NCBI GenBank assembly: GCA_010015585.1
Contig: ML975160.1
Strand: one strand, 5' to 3'
Length of the DNA stretch: 64,000 nucleotides
Origin: Eremomyces bilateralis CBS 781.70
Lineage: Eukaryota
Position numbers and translations under genes: made by a program. Of this stretch, positions 9,883-23,043 are shown piece by piece. Under the pieces are notes generated by a model. It did not search any database and was not told where the DNA came from. It was given only the letters and a program-made list of their open reading frames with translations. How positions within the stretch are numbered: the stretch's first letter is position 1; every line of letters begins with the position of its first letter.

Positions 9883-12800
9883 CTACCGCGGCGGCCCAAT
9901 CACCCCCGGAAACCCATTCCCCGTCCCCACGCTATTCGCCGTACTCGGCCGCCCGCTATCCACCGACGCGCGTGGATCGTATCGTGGCGTCGCGTCGCCG
10001 GGACCGCTGTTGCTGTTTCCCCCGGGGCCATTCCACCCGGGCTTGCCGGAATACGCGGCGGACGTCGGCGTTGGCGGGCCCCAGCCGGCGACGGCGCTGG
10101 AGGGCGGCATGCCGTGGTGGTTCGGCGCGGGGCCGTGCGGGTGGGGGTTGTGACCATGGTAGACGCTGGAGGTGGCGCCCCCGTGCATGGGGTGGATGGG
10201 GCCAGCGAGGGAGTGGGAGGAGTGGGAGTGGGGGTGGAGGTTGTGGCCGAGGCCGGAGACGATAGGGGCAGTGGCTAGGGAGGCGGAGGAGGCGTTGAGG
10301 GAGGCAGAGGAGAAGACGGAGGGGGTGGAGGGGTGGGGAGGGAGGGAGAGGACTTCGTCTTCGGGGAGGTTGATGCCGGAGTCGTTCCAGGGGTTGCGGT
10401 AGCCGGAGGAGGCGGACTCGAGGGAGGCGAGGGAGGCTTTGGACGCGTTGCTGCTAGCGTGCTTGAAGAGACTGCCGGGGGAATTGCTGCCGGTGCCGGT
10501 GCCGTGGTTCTTGCGCCGGTCGATCAGACTGCTGAAGCTGGACATGCTGCCGGGCTTGCGGAACTTGGAGAAGAAGGAGGGGCCGCCTTCCGTGGCGCTT
10601 CCGGCGGTGGGATCGCCGACGGCGTCGCCGAACTGGGACCGCGTGGGGCTGTCGGTGGACGCGTGGGGATCGGCGCGGTGGAGGAGCTTGGACTCGAAGA
10701 AGGGGAGAGAATCTTCGAAGGAGTCGGATTTCGGACGTGGGATGGCGCCTTGCACAGCCGTGGCGTCGAGACCATGGGCGGCAAGCCGGGTGATGAGGAA
10801 ATCGATGGCGTCCTTAAGGCCACCGGCGTTGTTGCGCGTATAGGAGAGAGTGAGGGACTCAATGGTTTGAGGTATTGACTCCTTGGTTTCGGCGGAAGAG
10901 TCTTCGGACGCTTCGGTTGGCTTGTCGGCGGCTCGAGCGTCGGCTTGGGGTGCAGGGGTGGAAGTGTTGGACGTGGTAGGAGCAGTCGTCGCGGCCGAGA
11001 GACTCAGATTCTTGGAAGGGTTCGGATTCAAGCGCACTTCGACGACATATTGCGATTGGAGTTTCTCGGCCACGTCGGACTGGAACTCAGGGGATCGAAT
11101 GTAGGTCTTCAATTCCTCGTTCGCAGGGAAAGCGAGATCATGGCGCTCAGGAACCATTCCCTAACAAGGTCAGATGTTGTGCACAGGTCAATGATCATGT
11201 AGACTTACCAAGAACTCGTCCACCGCTTGTGGCACCTGATACTCTGGCCCACTGACAACCACCACATCGCTCGCCGACTCCGTATTCGGGAAGTTGATCT
11301 TACAGTTCCACTTCTTCTCGAGCTCCTCGATCCGCCCCATTTGCGCGATCAGCTCCCGATGATACAGCCGATCGATGACCACCAGCTCCTGCACGAACTC
11401 CGCGTCCGCCTTCTCCACCATGTCCATGATCTCCTGCTTGACGAGGTCGAGGTTCTGCGCGTTGCGCGCCGGGGTGCGGCAGATGACGTTGTCGACCTTG
11501 ATGTCGTCTTCCTCGCGCCCGATGCCGCCGCGGTCCATGGCGTTGGAGAATTTGACGAAGACGGAGTATTTCTTCATGATGCGCTGGATGTGTTGGCCGC
11601 CAATGCCGATGATGCGCTTGTGGTATTGGTCGGGGACATGGAACGAGATGGAGGCGGGCATTTCTTGCTCGACGAGTTCGAGGCCTCCTTTAGTCGCCTC
11701 GTATTGCTGGCCACGTACGTCGATGTAGAAGTTGTACTCGTTGAATCCGTCGAAGACGATCTGCACGTTGCTTTGACTCATGATCTTGTTGATCTTGCCG
11801 TTTTTCTTGCCACTGACGAATTCCTTGTGCTCGTTCGCCAATTCGATCTTCACGCGCATGGTCGATTGCGATTTCTTGACGAAGGGGATGTTGCTGATGA
11901 CCATGAGGGCGGCCTTGACGGCATCGTCGGAACCGTGGATGTGGAAATTGAGACCCTCGAAGCTAATGTCGGCGCCGGAGTTGATGCAGATATCGGAAAG
12001 CATGGTCCGGACGTCGGTTGGGGTCGGAGCACGTGCGGAGGGGTCCGGATGCGTGATCCACCAGGAGGCGCTGTAGAATTGGCCGGCGAGCGCCATAATG
12101 TCACGGACCGTCCGTTCAACATTGAGGATATCTGTCCCTTGTACACGAACAATCCCTCGTTGCAGACCAAGCGATGGAAGTACGACGTAGGACCCATTGT
12201 TTTCCATGATCTTGCGAACCTTGTCCAATCGTTCCAGAATGATGTTGTCCAACTTTGATGGAGTGACGATGACGTCCTTGACAAAGGCCTTGGTGCTTAC
12301 TGAGAGGTCGTGGAGGCGCTTCTTGGCTTGTAGAATGGCTTCCGGACTTTCGCCCGTGATAACAATTTCATCCTGCTGTCTCCTGACTCCACCTGGAGGG
12401 GTGTAGCCAAATAGCCGGGTGAACGGGGGCGGGAAGTAGATGGCAGTATTCGTGGCCGATTCGATATGCTTGATGTTTCGGCGGGCCTTTCCGCTGATTA
12501 ACGTATGCATGCTTAATTCCAACATGAGGGCGTCCACATGACGATGAAGCTGTTCTAGTCAGTATCGTATGTCTGAAGTATAGAACTCAAACCCACAATC
12601 TGGTCAATCATGGTCAAGACTCTAAGCTTGGCATGCTCCGAGTTCTCCAGATCACCGTAGATGTGGCACCGCAATCGCTGATCCAGGGCGGTCTCAATGC
12701 CACCGCTTACGCTCGCCGACTCATCGATGGGCTTCGGATGGAGAAGGAAGATGTCGGCTTTCGTCTGCTTGGCAACTTCGTCCAGATGCTGCAACACCAC

Positions 12801-13541
12801 CGCCTTGACGGCATTGGCCGCGGCATCGAAGATCAACCGCTCATCGATATCGACAGTCGCACAGCGCTATCAACGTCAGTACTACTCCTTGCATACATCC
12901 CTCCGAGACCACGCATATCATACCAGGGTAATCGGTGTATCGTTCAAGATCCTCTCCCTCATCCCATGCACCATCTCCGTCTCCCCATACAAACACACAT
13001 TCGTCACCAACGCCTTCAACGGCCCCCTCTGATACCCCGGAATCGGCTTCGGCTCACTCGACACCACCGTCGCCTGCAACTGCCCCTGACTCGGGTCGCT
13101 CAGCACCCGACACATGTTCCGCAGGTGCTCCACGTTCGCGGCGTGGATCGGCAGCTTATGGTTCGGCGTGCCCTCGGGCGTCCCGTCGGCGTGCGTCCAG
13201 CGCTCAAACGCGCCCGGCGACGAGTAGATGATCTCCTCGGGGTCCGGGCCCGCGAGGTTGGAGTGGAAGGGCACGTTGAAGGAGAGAGTGATGATGGTGC
13301 CAGGAGCGGGGGCGGGGGAGCGGTTCGCGGCGGTAGCAGCGGTAGGGGGAGGGCCGGTGGGCGTGGCATTGGGGGGGAGAGGGCCGGCGGAGTGCGGGGG
13401 GTGTTGGGGGCCGGGTCGCTTCATGGGGCTGTTGAGGGACGCGTCGTTGTGGGAGCGGGACATGCCGAAGGAGGGCATGGAGGGCGTCATGCGCTCCCAT
13501 CCATGGCGGGCTTGGCCGGTAAAGTTTTGGAGCTTGTGCAT
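9883..13541 (-). CDS. Multi-KH-domain RNA-binding protein (Mug60/YLL032C-like)
   Basis: HKEFVSGKKNGKINKIM and YHKRIIGIGGQHIQRIMKKY KH GxxG loops. Four ORF blocks (12918-13541, 12555-12836, 11188-12537, 9883-11157) joined by short introns. Confidence 0.9.
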
Positions 13542-13859
13542 CGTGAGGGATGGGAATCGGGTGATGGTCGAAGGAGCGATTGGCCAGGATGTTGGACGTT
13601 CGGATGAGCGGGATGGTAGGGAGGTTGAAGTGAAGCAGGTTGATTGTGCGTGTGTGGGGGATGGGTATCTCTAAACGACGGAATTGAGCAAGATGAAAGG
13701 GAAGAAGAGGGAAAGTGGGAATCAGAAAAGAAGAGATAGAATAGAAAAAGGAACCTGATGGGAATGGACACAGGAACGAGGATAATTCATGGACTTTGGT
13801 GGTGGAGGTGAATGGAGGAATGGGATGAAATGGGAGGAGTGAAGGAGTAGAAGGACGTC

Positions 13860-13923
13860 TGAGAGAGTGACGAGAGAGGAGAGGATCGGGGAGAGCGAAA
13901 GAGAGAGAGACACTGAGAGAGAG
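13860..13923. repeat. GA-rich low-complexity tract upstream of the KH gene
   Basis: gagagagtgacgagagaggagagg..gagagagagacactgagagagag. Confidence 0.6.
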
Positions 13924-15573
13924 TTGGGCTTCGTCGAGGCTGAGTAGGTGGTCTGTGCACGCGGATGCCTTGGCGCCTAAGGCTGAAATCTACATTGCTG
14001 CAATTCTAGACCTGAAGTGAGCTGTCAGGCTTGAGCTCCACGAATCCACCACAACCACAAGAAACACCGGATCGTCACCATCAGTCCCTTGACGTCCTCC
14101 TCAAATCTTCATCACCCATCAGCTCCCATCCTGCTTCTACAGTTCGTATCTCCCTTCCGTTCCCATTCCATCCCCTCCATCCACCCCAATCCACCCCGGC
14201 TCGTCCAAATTGGCCCTCCCACCACCCAGCTCCGGGCGGCTAATGGGCGGGGTAGCAGCAGGCACATGCAATCAATCATCCACGTCCCCAGCAATCAACA
14301 GGACTACAGGAAGGGGATCAGCCAGCACCGACACTCGGCCAGCTTCCGATTCGGTCATCGGGTATCCGGAGTGTTTCTCGGTTCCCTCAGCTAGTCTTAT
14401 CTGCCATCAAGGGGATCCAAGCCCATTGGCTCTAGTGCTCCATCATCAAACTTTGGAATTTGGATGCGTGCCCGGGACGCGTCGTCACTCTTCTCGATTA
14501 TGGCTTCGTCGGACGTGGATGCCGTCCCAGGTGCTACCGTTCCTATTAATTATTAACCAGGAAATCTCCGCCCAAGGGCTTGAAACTCGAATCGAGATGC
14601 AAATTGCCATCACCTCCTTCATGGCTCCTTGGCGGGCCGCTCAGTCATCAAATCCTTTGTTCTTCAGCTCTGGGCGGGGACCGGCTGGGATCCCGGAATT
14701 GTTAGAGCCTTACAGCCTGAGGTGTCAGTACACTACAGTACTTGGTATGCGGGCTCCCTGCATCAGAATTCCGTTCAATTCGATAGGTCTGGATATCCAG
14801 TTGTCCACGCGTCCTATCCACAACTCCACATGCTCCGCCCAGAATGCCCAAATGCTCGATACCTATCCCAAATTCCCAATGCTATGCTCCTCAACCCGAG
14901 ATGCTCTCCCCAATTCCTCCCATCCCCCGCCCAACAATCAGAATTTAGTCCCAACCCGAACCTCCGCTTCTCACTCTCACCCCTGATCCACCATCTTTCC
15001 GCCCCCAGTCTAAGCCTCCAAGCACCTAATAGCGATGCCAGATTGCCAGGAACCTATCCCGCCGGACTCGCAACCTCCGGGCGATGGAAAGCAATAAGTA
15101 TGTCGTTGTTCGTTTCCCTACCGTGATTGACTCCGCCCTGCGTCGGGAGGAAATAGTGATATTTATGTGCATCCGAACTCCCAAGTATCGAGAACGGTAG
15201 GAACGGTAGTTAGTACTATATAAGCCGTCCCGATGCTTGGCGAACGAAGTTGGCTGGAGAGAACCAGTAGGGGCGGAAATGTGGACGAGGGAGACGGGAG
15301 GATGGAAGGTAGGTAGACAACCTCAAACCACGTAGACAGGCGAACGAGGATGATGAAAATGGTTATATAAGCGGTAAATGAGACGCAAAGAAATTGATAT
15401 ATTACAACGCTGCCTGTCTCGAAAATGCAAATCGAGCGCTCTCAAACCACCATCCCATGCAATGCCAGATCCAAACCAAACACAACCCAGGCAGCCCGTG
15501 CAATGCGACAGCGATTCATATCCTTAACCACGACAATGCCAACCACCACCAAATTCCCAAGTCCTCACTCTCC

Positions 15574-18014
15574 TCAATACCGATACGCCACCCTCCCCCG
15601 CTCATACTCCCCTCCCATCCCCCCCTCCTCCACATACCTCCCCCCCCCAACCACACTAACTTCCCGCCGCGGCACATACTCCCTCGGTGCCATCCCCTCC
15701 TCCAGATACTCCGGCCGTCCCATCTCCGGCCGCATACTATACGCCCTTGTCCCCACCGGAACATATTCCCGCTCCCTCTCTCTCTGAGGATACCCCTCAG
15801 CCACCCGCTCCCGCTCTGCCGGCCGCATCGAGTACTCCCGCTGTCGATACCGCACCTCTGGTGCCGGAAGGTACTCCTCCTCGCGCTCCACCGGCGCAGC
15901 CACGACCCGCCGCATCGGCGGCGGCGGCGGCGGCATGAGGAATGCGTCTTCGGGGTCGTACGGGTCGGGCGCGCGGCGCGGTGGCGGGACGCTCGCCATG
16001 TGGCGATGGGATGCGGGGACGGGTGCGGGCTCGTGGGTGTATTCGCGGAATTCGCGGCGCTCGTAGTCACGGCGGGGCTGGGAGTCGTAGGCGACGGGGG
16101 CAAGGGGCGCGGAGGCGTAGTATTCGTTGCCGTATTTGTCGTAGACGATGGTGGGGCGGGTAGGGACGGGAGGTGGGGCCATGAAGGAGGGGGAGAGGAT
16201 GCGAGAGGGGGCGCGAGGGGCGTCGGGGTAGTGAGTGGGTGGAGAGCGGGAGCGGTCGGAGCGGATGTAGCGGGGTGCGGAGGGGCGGACGGATGACTCG
16301 CGGGCTGTGAGGTGTTGGGGCGCGTCGACGTAGTGGGACACGGCGCGGACGGGCCGGATGCTTGGTGAGGCGTAGCGGATGGGCTCACTGGGAACCGCTC
16401 CAGGGGAGTAGGGTCGTCGGGCATATTGGAGGCTGGCGATGCGGCGGAGGTCGACGTCGTCACGTTCTCGACGGTACATGGGTGCGGGTGAATGGACGCG
16501 GACGTAGCCGGGAGGGACGCCATCGTCGACGTAATAGGCTGGGGCGGGACGAGGGTCGTTGTAATAAACCCGGCGGCGGAATTCCCGTGGCGACACTTCT
16601 TCGATCTCGTCCGCGTATGGAGCCGGAGCCGGACGACGCGGCGGTTCGGCTTCTGGGAAAGAGGCAAACGGTGGTGGAGAGACAGGCTCTTCTTTGATGA
16701 CCGGTTCGGGAGATCGTGCAATGCGTTTTCCGGATGGACGACGGGTCTCCTTCTCGGCATCGGGGCGGTTCTTGCGCTTGCGTGGGTTGACCACGTTCCG
16801 CTGTGGTCCACGTGGTGAGCCGTTTTGCAAGCCCGAAGACCCGCTATCTGCCCCCCCTCGAGCAATCTCGGACATTGGGGAATGCGGCCCGCTCGGTTGG
16901 TTTGCTTGCGGTCTGTTGAAAGCTAGTGGAGAGACACGGGCAGGTTGGGGAGCAAACGGAGACTTGATTCGATTGCGAACGATGGGGGCATCGTTTGGAG
17001 AAGCGGGACCTTGGGGTCGAGACCCTTCGGCGTACGTAGAATGTTGAGGCACATAACGGTCATACTCGGGTGGATTAGCAGCATCGCGTGTTCGATTGGG
17101 CGAAATGACGGGGAAGTCATCTGCTTCTGGAGGTGAGTACTCCGATTCCTCCCTCTCGCGCTGTTCTCGAGGTTCTTGCCCAGATGGCCCTGTGAACATG
17201 GTGAGTGAAATTCGTCGAGGTTGGAATAGGACCTTGCAAAAGTCAGACTGCCACCCTTACCATGAGCCGGACCTTTCCCTTTCGCACGTCGACTCTGAGG
17301 AGTCGCTTTGACCGAGTTGTCAAGAATCTCGCCTTCTTCTCCATTTGAACCAACGTCTGTCGACCAGCTGTTGGCCTGGCTAGAGTAGTAAGAATTCTCA
17401 TCAAATGACTCGGTAGGCGAATGAGCAGAAGCAACCTTCAACCCCGAGACATGTTTTACAACCTCATGCGCTTGGCCCAGCGTGTCCGCGACGTCGAAAT
17501 TGGCATCGGCCGTCTCCACGCCAAACTCCACCGTATCACCGGTAGGTCCCTTCCTTATACCAGAATTATCCTTCAAAGTGCGTTCCACGCGTTGTCGTTT
17601 GAGGTTGATCTCGGCTCGGATCAGTCCATCGGACTTCTGAAGGAGCACCGGATCAATCTCATGCGTGGATTTGGGGCCGAACGCCGGATGGTCTGGAGAA
17701 TACGGGGACGCGATCGAGGTGGTTGGGGTAGGATCATAGGCCTTACTCGATGCTTGGTTAGCAGCTACAACACTATTCTGCATCTCTGGCAGATGACCGT
17801 TGGTTCGACCTGCAGATACGACAGGACGGGAAGTCGGTGTTGCGGATGCGCTGTGGCGCGAACCGGCAACGTTCAGGTTTGGCAGCTGGAGTCGAGGATG
17901 TTGCCCTGAGAGAACATCGTTCTGAACCACCGACAGCTTGTCATAGAACGCGGTCCAAGGATTGGCAGCATTGTTTGCTGGTACGTGAAGTCCATTCACC
18001 GGTAATGATTGCAT
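15574..18014 (-). CDS. Fungal Pro/Arg/Glu-rich hypothetical protein (about 790 aa, two exons)
   Basis: ORFs 16923-18014 and 15574-17199 are joined in frame by intron 17260-17190 (GTAAGG..CTCAC..CAG). Ordered-looking blocks IDPVLLQKSDGLIRAEINLKRQRVE, SFDENSYYSSQANSW, IKEEPVSPPPF. Confidence 0.75.
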
Positions 18015-18592
18015 ATTGCAAAAGAGATGGCGAACCGCAATGGTTCGATGAATGGCTTGATACCCGTGTTCTTTGACACGTTGTTAGACGAGCGAGCGAT
18101 GCGACTTGTTGTAGCAGGAAAGACAAGTGGTTCTAAAGGACATGATAGATCCAATGAAACTGGCGCAAGAGAAAGCCAAATGTCAAACCTGTTGGTCAGT
18201 CATTATCGACAGCAAAAAGGGTAGAAGTAGGAGTGGGAGAGAGAAAGAAGAAAGAAGAAATGGGTTATGGGAGAGAGGAATTATTGGAATTTCGACGGCA
18301 AGCAGCAGCTCCGAACGAATTACATAGACAGTTGCACGTGGTCCGAGCGTATTCACTCTGTTCCCTTTAAATCCCTTAGTACTTCCCTGACTCCCTGAGG
18401 CCTGTGTTCCCTGTGCTCCCGGTGTTCCCTGCGTTCCATCATCCATGCCGAGGAAAGCCAATATCGATTAAGTCATTCGAGTCCGGAAGGGTCATACAGA
18501 AATAGATGGATCAGGAATAAATATGTTCATCGTGCCCTTACTCGCTGCTTATTCCATACTGTAGGCGAGGGTTGATACTGGACGTAGTCACA

Positions 18593-19472
18593 ATGGCTAC
18601 ATCAAACCCTGCCCCTGCCGACAAGAGGGCGGTTTTCTTTTTTGATATTGATAATTGCGTGAGTCTTCAACATGTCGTTCTTGTTATAAAGGAGTCATAT
18701 CACTCATAACCCCTAGTTATATCCGAAGAGTCTTCGAATCCACAACCATATGAGCGTTCTGATAGGTATGGATCATGTTCATGGTTCCCATATCTGGTCC
18801 TTACGTAACCTAATTTCATTTAGACAAGTATTTCGAAACCCATCTCGGCATATCTCAAGCTGAGGCATATGAGTTGCACATGAAATACTACACCCAATAT
18901 GGACTTGCAATAGAAGGGTTGGTTCGTCACCATAAAGTCGATCCGTTGGATTACAACCAAAAGGTGGACGATGCGCTGCCGTTAGAAGACATAATCAAAC
19001 CTAACCCGACTCTACGAAAGTTGCTGGAAGACCTCGATACAGACAAAGTCCGTCCTTGGTTATTGACCAATGCTTACGTCACACACGGTCGACGAGTGGT
19101 CAAGTTACTTGGCGTGGACGACCTGTTCGAAGGTCTCACCTACTGTGATTACGGAGCAGAGAAGTTTGTCTGCAAGCCGAGCACGGAGATGTTTATGAAA
19201 GCGATGCAAGAAGCAGGTGTTGACGACATCAAGTCCTGCTACTTTGTTGGTGAGTATATCCTAAGGCCCCGCATGCAAAAGCTATTTGTCCTAACTCAAG
19301 ACTAGACGATTCGGCCTTGAATGTTAAAGCTGCCCGAGCACTGGGATGGTCGTCAGTCCATCTGTTGGAGGATGCGGAGCCAAAGCATGCAGACGAACCC
19401 AGGGAGATGCAAATCAGGGACCTCGAGGATCTACGGAATATCTTTCCGCAATTCTTCAAGTCATCCAGTTGA
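18593..19472 (+). CDS. SDT1: Pyrimidine 5'-nucleotidase, HAD family (SDT1/PHM8-like)
   Basis: VFFFDIDNC|LYP, YYTQYGLAIEGLVRHH, WLLTNAYVTHG, GLTYCDY, CKP, YFV|DDS; three introns; ends FPQFFKSSS*. Confidence 0.93.
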
Positions 19473-19683
19473 GCATCATTCATACCGGAGTCGGGTTTGG
19501 GCATTACGGTACTTTTCAAAGCGATGCAATTGGGGTATAAATGTCTCTATCGGGACTGTCCAAATAGACAATACATGGAAGATAGATGGCTCGGCATTCA
19601 GAGTCCTCAAGCGCCCGCTCAGGAAATATGTGTCCACTATAATCACGCGCGCCTTCCAACTCCTGCAGTCTATAATCCAGACT

Positions 19684-20409
19684 TTAAGCCCTCTCCTTAC
19701 AGTCCTTCCCGCTCTCCTCCGTCATACTCTTCCCATACTCCTCCCACAGCCTCCCCACCCCCTCCCCAAACAACCCCTCCCAAAACCTCTCCTCCTCATA
19801 ATCCTCCCCCTTCAACTTCTCATTCACCCTCCTAACACTCCCCTCCCCAAACCGCCCCTCCAAATACTCCAAAAAATACCCCGTATGCTGATACCCCGCG
19901 TCCCACTCCCCATCCGCCTCCCGCTTCCAGTGCGGCGGCACATACCGACACCGCAACCGCACCCAATCCGCCACCCCCTCAATCAACCCCCCCGGCGCCG
20001 TCCCCCGCGCGTCCCATTGAAAGCAATGCACCATCTCATGGCACACCACGCCGCAGATCTCCGCCTCGATGCGCGCCTCGGAGATCCCCGCGATATAGTC
20101 CGTGGAGAAATGGATCTCCTTATGGTCGGCGTCGAGGTCGGTGCCAGTGGTGTAGGCGACGCCTGGCATGGAGCGGAGGATGAGAGTGACGGAGCGGGTG
20201 GGCGGGACGGCGCACGTCCGGGTGTAGAGGTGGGAGATGACGCTGGAGACGCAGGTGGAAAGGAGGGTACCGCAGTTCGGGGTGGAGAGGAAGCGTTGGG
20301 CGCCGGGGGAGGAGAGGTCGCGGAGTTCGAGGCGGAGGAGGGGATGGATGGGGGGAGAAGGGGGGGGGAGGGTGGTGGAGGGGATTTGGTAGTAGATGGG
20401 AGAGGGCAT
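19684..20409 (-). CDS. BSP (basic secretory protein) family zinc-peptidase-like protein
   Basis: GVAYT, KEIHFSTDYI, GVVCHEMVHCFQW (HExxH), GGLIEGVADWVRL, WDAGYQHTGYFLEYLE. Confidence 0.9.
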   Translation of the reverse strand: MPSPIYYQIPSTTLPPPSPPIHPLLRLELRDLSSPGAQRFLSTPNCGTLLSTCVSSVISHLYTRTCAVPPTRSVTLILRSMPGVAYTTGTDLDADHKEIHFSTDYIAGISEARIEAEICGVVCHEMVHCFQWDARGTAPGGLIEGVADWVRLRCRYVPPHWKREADGEWDAGYQHTGYFLEYLEGRFGEGSVRRVNEKLKGEDYEEERFWEGLFGEGVGRLWEEYGKSMTEESGKDCKERA

Positions 20410-20939
20410 GGTTGGATGGGATAGGGGTTATGACTACCTCGAGTAGATTTTATATTAACTAGTTGTTGTCGCTTTTTGAATGCCATATTTCTTGGGATGC
20501 GATTGCATTCAGCTCTCGAGGTTGGGGTCGTCGTTATATGGCTTCATGACTCGATCACACCGAAGGGAGGGCACGACATGAGTCATGCGTCCCGCCTCGA
20601 GTGGGAACTGGGAAGCCTAGTTACTCAACCAAAGGCTGCCTTCCTAAAAATAAACCACAGGTCTCCTTCATTTGAATCATTTTACACCATTGGTCTAATT
20701 ATAGTCACGTGACCAAAAGAATCCTGCGATAATATTGGCTGTATTGGATATCGTACACTGATACAGGAGGCGCGAATCAGTCAGCGGTTCGCCCATAAAG
20801 AGCCTTGAGGAACGACGCTCGAGTTGGCGATTGTGAATTCCAAAACGGCACTCGAATCATTCACAGAAGCATCACGAAAGGTTTGCGGTTCATTGGTTCA
20901 TGATTGGTCCGTATTCCTAATTAAATTGTTTTTAGAATA

Positions 20940-21497
20940 ATGGCGACCTACCCAGTTCGGTTCGAGTTCCACTGCGACAACGAAACCCTCGAATTCATTC
21001 ACAATATTCCGCGACATCTCATCACGGCTGACGCGCAAGCCTCACGAGAAGATGCAGGGTATATAGATCAGTTTGCCCGTTCACTACGGCCCATCATAAA
21101 AGAGCACGAACCGGCCTGTCGTGCTGCTTCTAATCCGTTGTGCATAATTTGCGGCTCGCTCATGGTGACTGTCTTGCAGACGCCCATGTCGTGGCTTCAC
21201 AAGGTGGAGGATCCTTTTGTGGTGGTATTGATTAGTGGCATATGTGGGAAAGGCGAATGCGAAATCAAGATGCGACAGGAAGTGCAGGAGACGATGGGTG
21301 AACTTGTAACAATGGGTCAGAGCCATAGACCGTCGGAAAGTGGTGGGGGTAAGGAAGTGCTGCCTTGCCGAATCTGTGGGAAGACGGAGGGGACCATGAG
21401 GTGTGGGCGGTGTAAAGTTGTGGCATACTGTGGGAAAGAGCATCAGAAGAGGGACTGGAATACGCATAAGAGAGCCTGTGTGTCCAAGGAGGGCTAA
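20940..21497 (+). CDS. MYND zinc-finger protein (intronless)
   Basis: C-terminal CRICGK..RCGRCKVVAYCGKEHQKRDWNTHKRAC; additional CxxC/CxxxxC motifs upstream. Confidence 0.9.
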   Translation: MATYPVRFEFHCDNETLEFIHNIPRHLITADAQASREDAGYIDQFARSLRPIIKEHEPACRAASNPLCIICGSLMVTVLQTPMSWLHKVEDPFVVVLISGICGKGECEIKMRQEVQETMGELVTMGQSHRPSESGGGKEVLPCRICGKTEGTMRCGRCKVVAYCGKEHQKRDWNTHKRACVSKEG

Positions 21498-21533
21498 GGC
21501 GGGTAGGAATGGAGGCGAGGGTGTGCAGACGCT

Positions 21534-22681
21534 TTTGGCGGAATCCCCATCGTCGTCTTCTACGGGAATTTCTACTAGTTCCGTCTAGTGCAGGAGCGGT
21601 CGATCCTGCTCTCTAGTTAGGCCATTGTGTAGATCGAAGACAAATCGTTCCGAGCAGAGCAGAGGTACCAGCATGATAAAGCATACGCTCTGTGGACAGA
21701 GTTCACCACGGTGGTTTGCTCGACGAACAAGTCCGTGCTGCAGAAGATGCACGACTACAGCGACTCCTGACGCGGATCAGACAAGGCATGCAAGAGGGCT
21801 CCGACGTTGATTTATTGAACCGCACGTGCTACCGGGAAGGCCGACGGATCCCATGGGAATTCGGAATCACCGTCGTCATGCCGCTGAACCGGAACCGGTG
21901 GAACTTGAACGTCGAGACCATGCTGTAGTTTCGAAGGCAACGGCAAGGCCTACTCCGGATTTTCATGTCCGAACACAAGTGGAAAGACGGCCAGCCGACG
22001 GAGGAAGCGCTTACGATGTTCAGTCACGGAGACGACGGCGCCGTTCCGGTCCCGGCCATCTTCATGTTCGTGCCTGGGATGCCCATCATCGTCAATTAAA
22101 AAACCCTCCAAGGCCTGAAACTTGTCAATGGTGCCAGCTACGCGGCGTTGGACATCATTCTCGACAAGGCATACCCCAGGTATGGCGTCGATGCCGAGAC
22201 AATCCTCCACTTCGGCCCTCCGGCGGGGATCCTACTGACGTCGGAGACGACACGAGACTTCCATTTCGTCGGCATGCCGGCCGGCACCGTGCTTCTCACG
22301 CCCATCAGCACCAAAATTGAGTGGCAGAGGAAGCAGCCATGGCAAAAGCACAATGTTAGCCGCCGAGGGTTGCCATATGCAGCCGCATTTGCCTGTAAGG
22401 AGTACAAAGTGCAAGGCAAGACACTAGACCCAGTGGTGCTGGAGCTGCGGGGGATGCAGGTGACCAACATCGACAGCAAGGCGGCGGCTAGCCAATGCGA
22501 TCCGTACAGCTTATACGTGCAGTTGTCGCGCTGCCCGTCGCTGGATGCCACCATGCTCCTTTCCAAGGCGCGAGAACGGGACTTCGTAGGCAATCGGGTG
22601 CCCGGCAACATGGTCGCCGCGGAGGCAAGGTTGGAACGGCTGAGCGAGACGACAATCCAGGACGCGGAATCTTGGGACTAG
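21534..22681 (+). pseudogene. Decayed PIF1-type helicase (C-terminal half), Helitron-like transposon relic
   Basis: FGGIPIVVFYGNFY*FRLV (motif III, normally GDFxQF.PV), L-DEQVRA (IV), KLVNGA, AFACKEYKVQGKTLD (V), SLYVQLSR (VI). Several in-frame stops and one frameshift near 21718. Confidence 0.85.
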
Positions 22682-23043
22682 TCATCAGAGGAAAGGTTCA
22701 CGGCGCACCAAGGGGAAGTAACTAAATGTACCGAGTAGTCATCAGAGTAACTGAACTAGTGTTCTGGATCAGAATTGGGCGCCGATGGTGGAGCCGATTG
22801 ATTGATTTCTTGCACCCATTTCAGCCAGAGAAGTCCGAATCAAGCTGTCACACTGGGACGTGCTAATGGTATGAAGTCGGAGTAATTTGATAACCAAGCA
22901 GCAGAATTGCATTACTATGTAGTTATAGGTTAGTTAGTTATGTATAGAAAGATAGTTAGACAGATTTCATTGGTAGATGACCCCTGTACAAGAGTCACCG
23001 TGCCATCTTAGGCTAGGGGGCATTTTCAGCAGACGAAGGGATA

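Noticed and set aside
9871..13674. Long plus-strand ORFs opposite the KH gene (e.g. 11227-12258, 12633-13607)
   Set aside because: Antisense shadows of a GC-rich coding region, with no motifs.
16923..17199. Two overlapping minus-strand ORFs suggesting a programmed frameshift
   Set aside because: A canonical 71-nt intron (17190-17260) joins them in frame.
18183..18461. 92-aa ORF with GTQ repeats between divergent genes
   Set aside because: TTG start and low complexity from a short 9-mer repeat in a promoter region; no support as a gene.
19321..20424. 367-aa plus-strand ORF
   Set aside because: Antisense to the BSP gene and overlapping the SDT1 end; low complexity.
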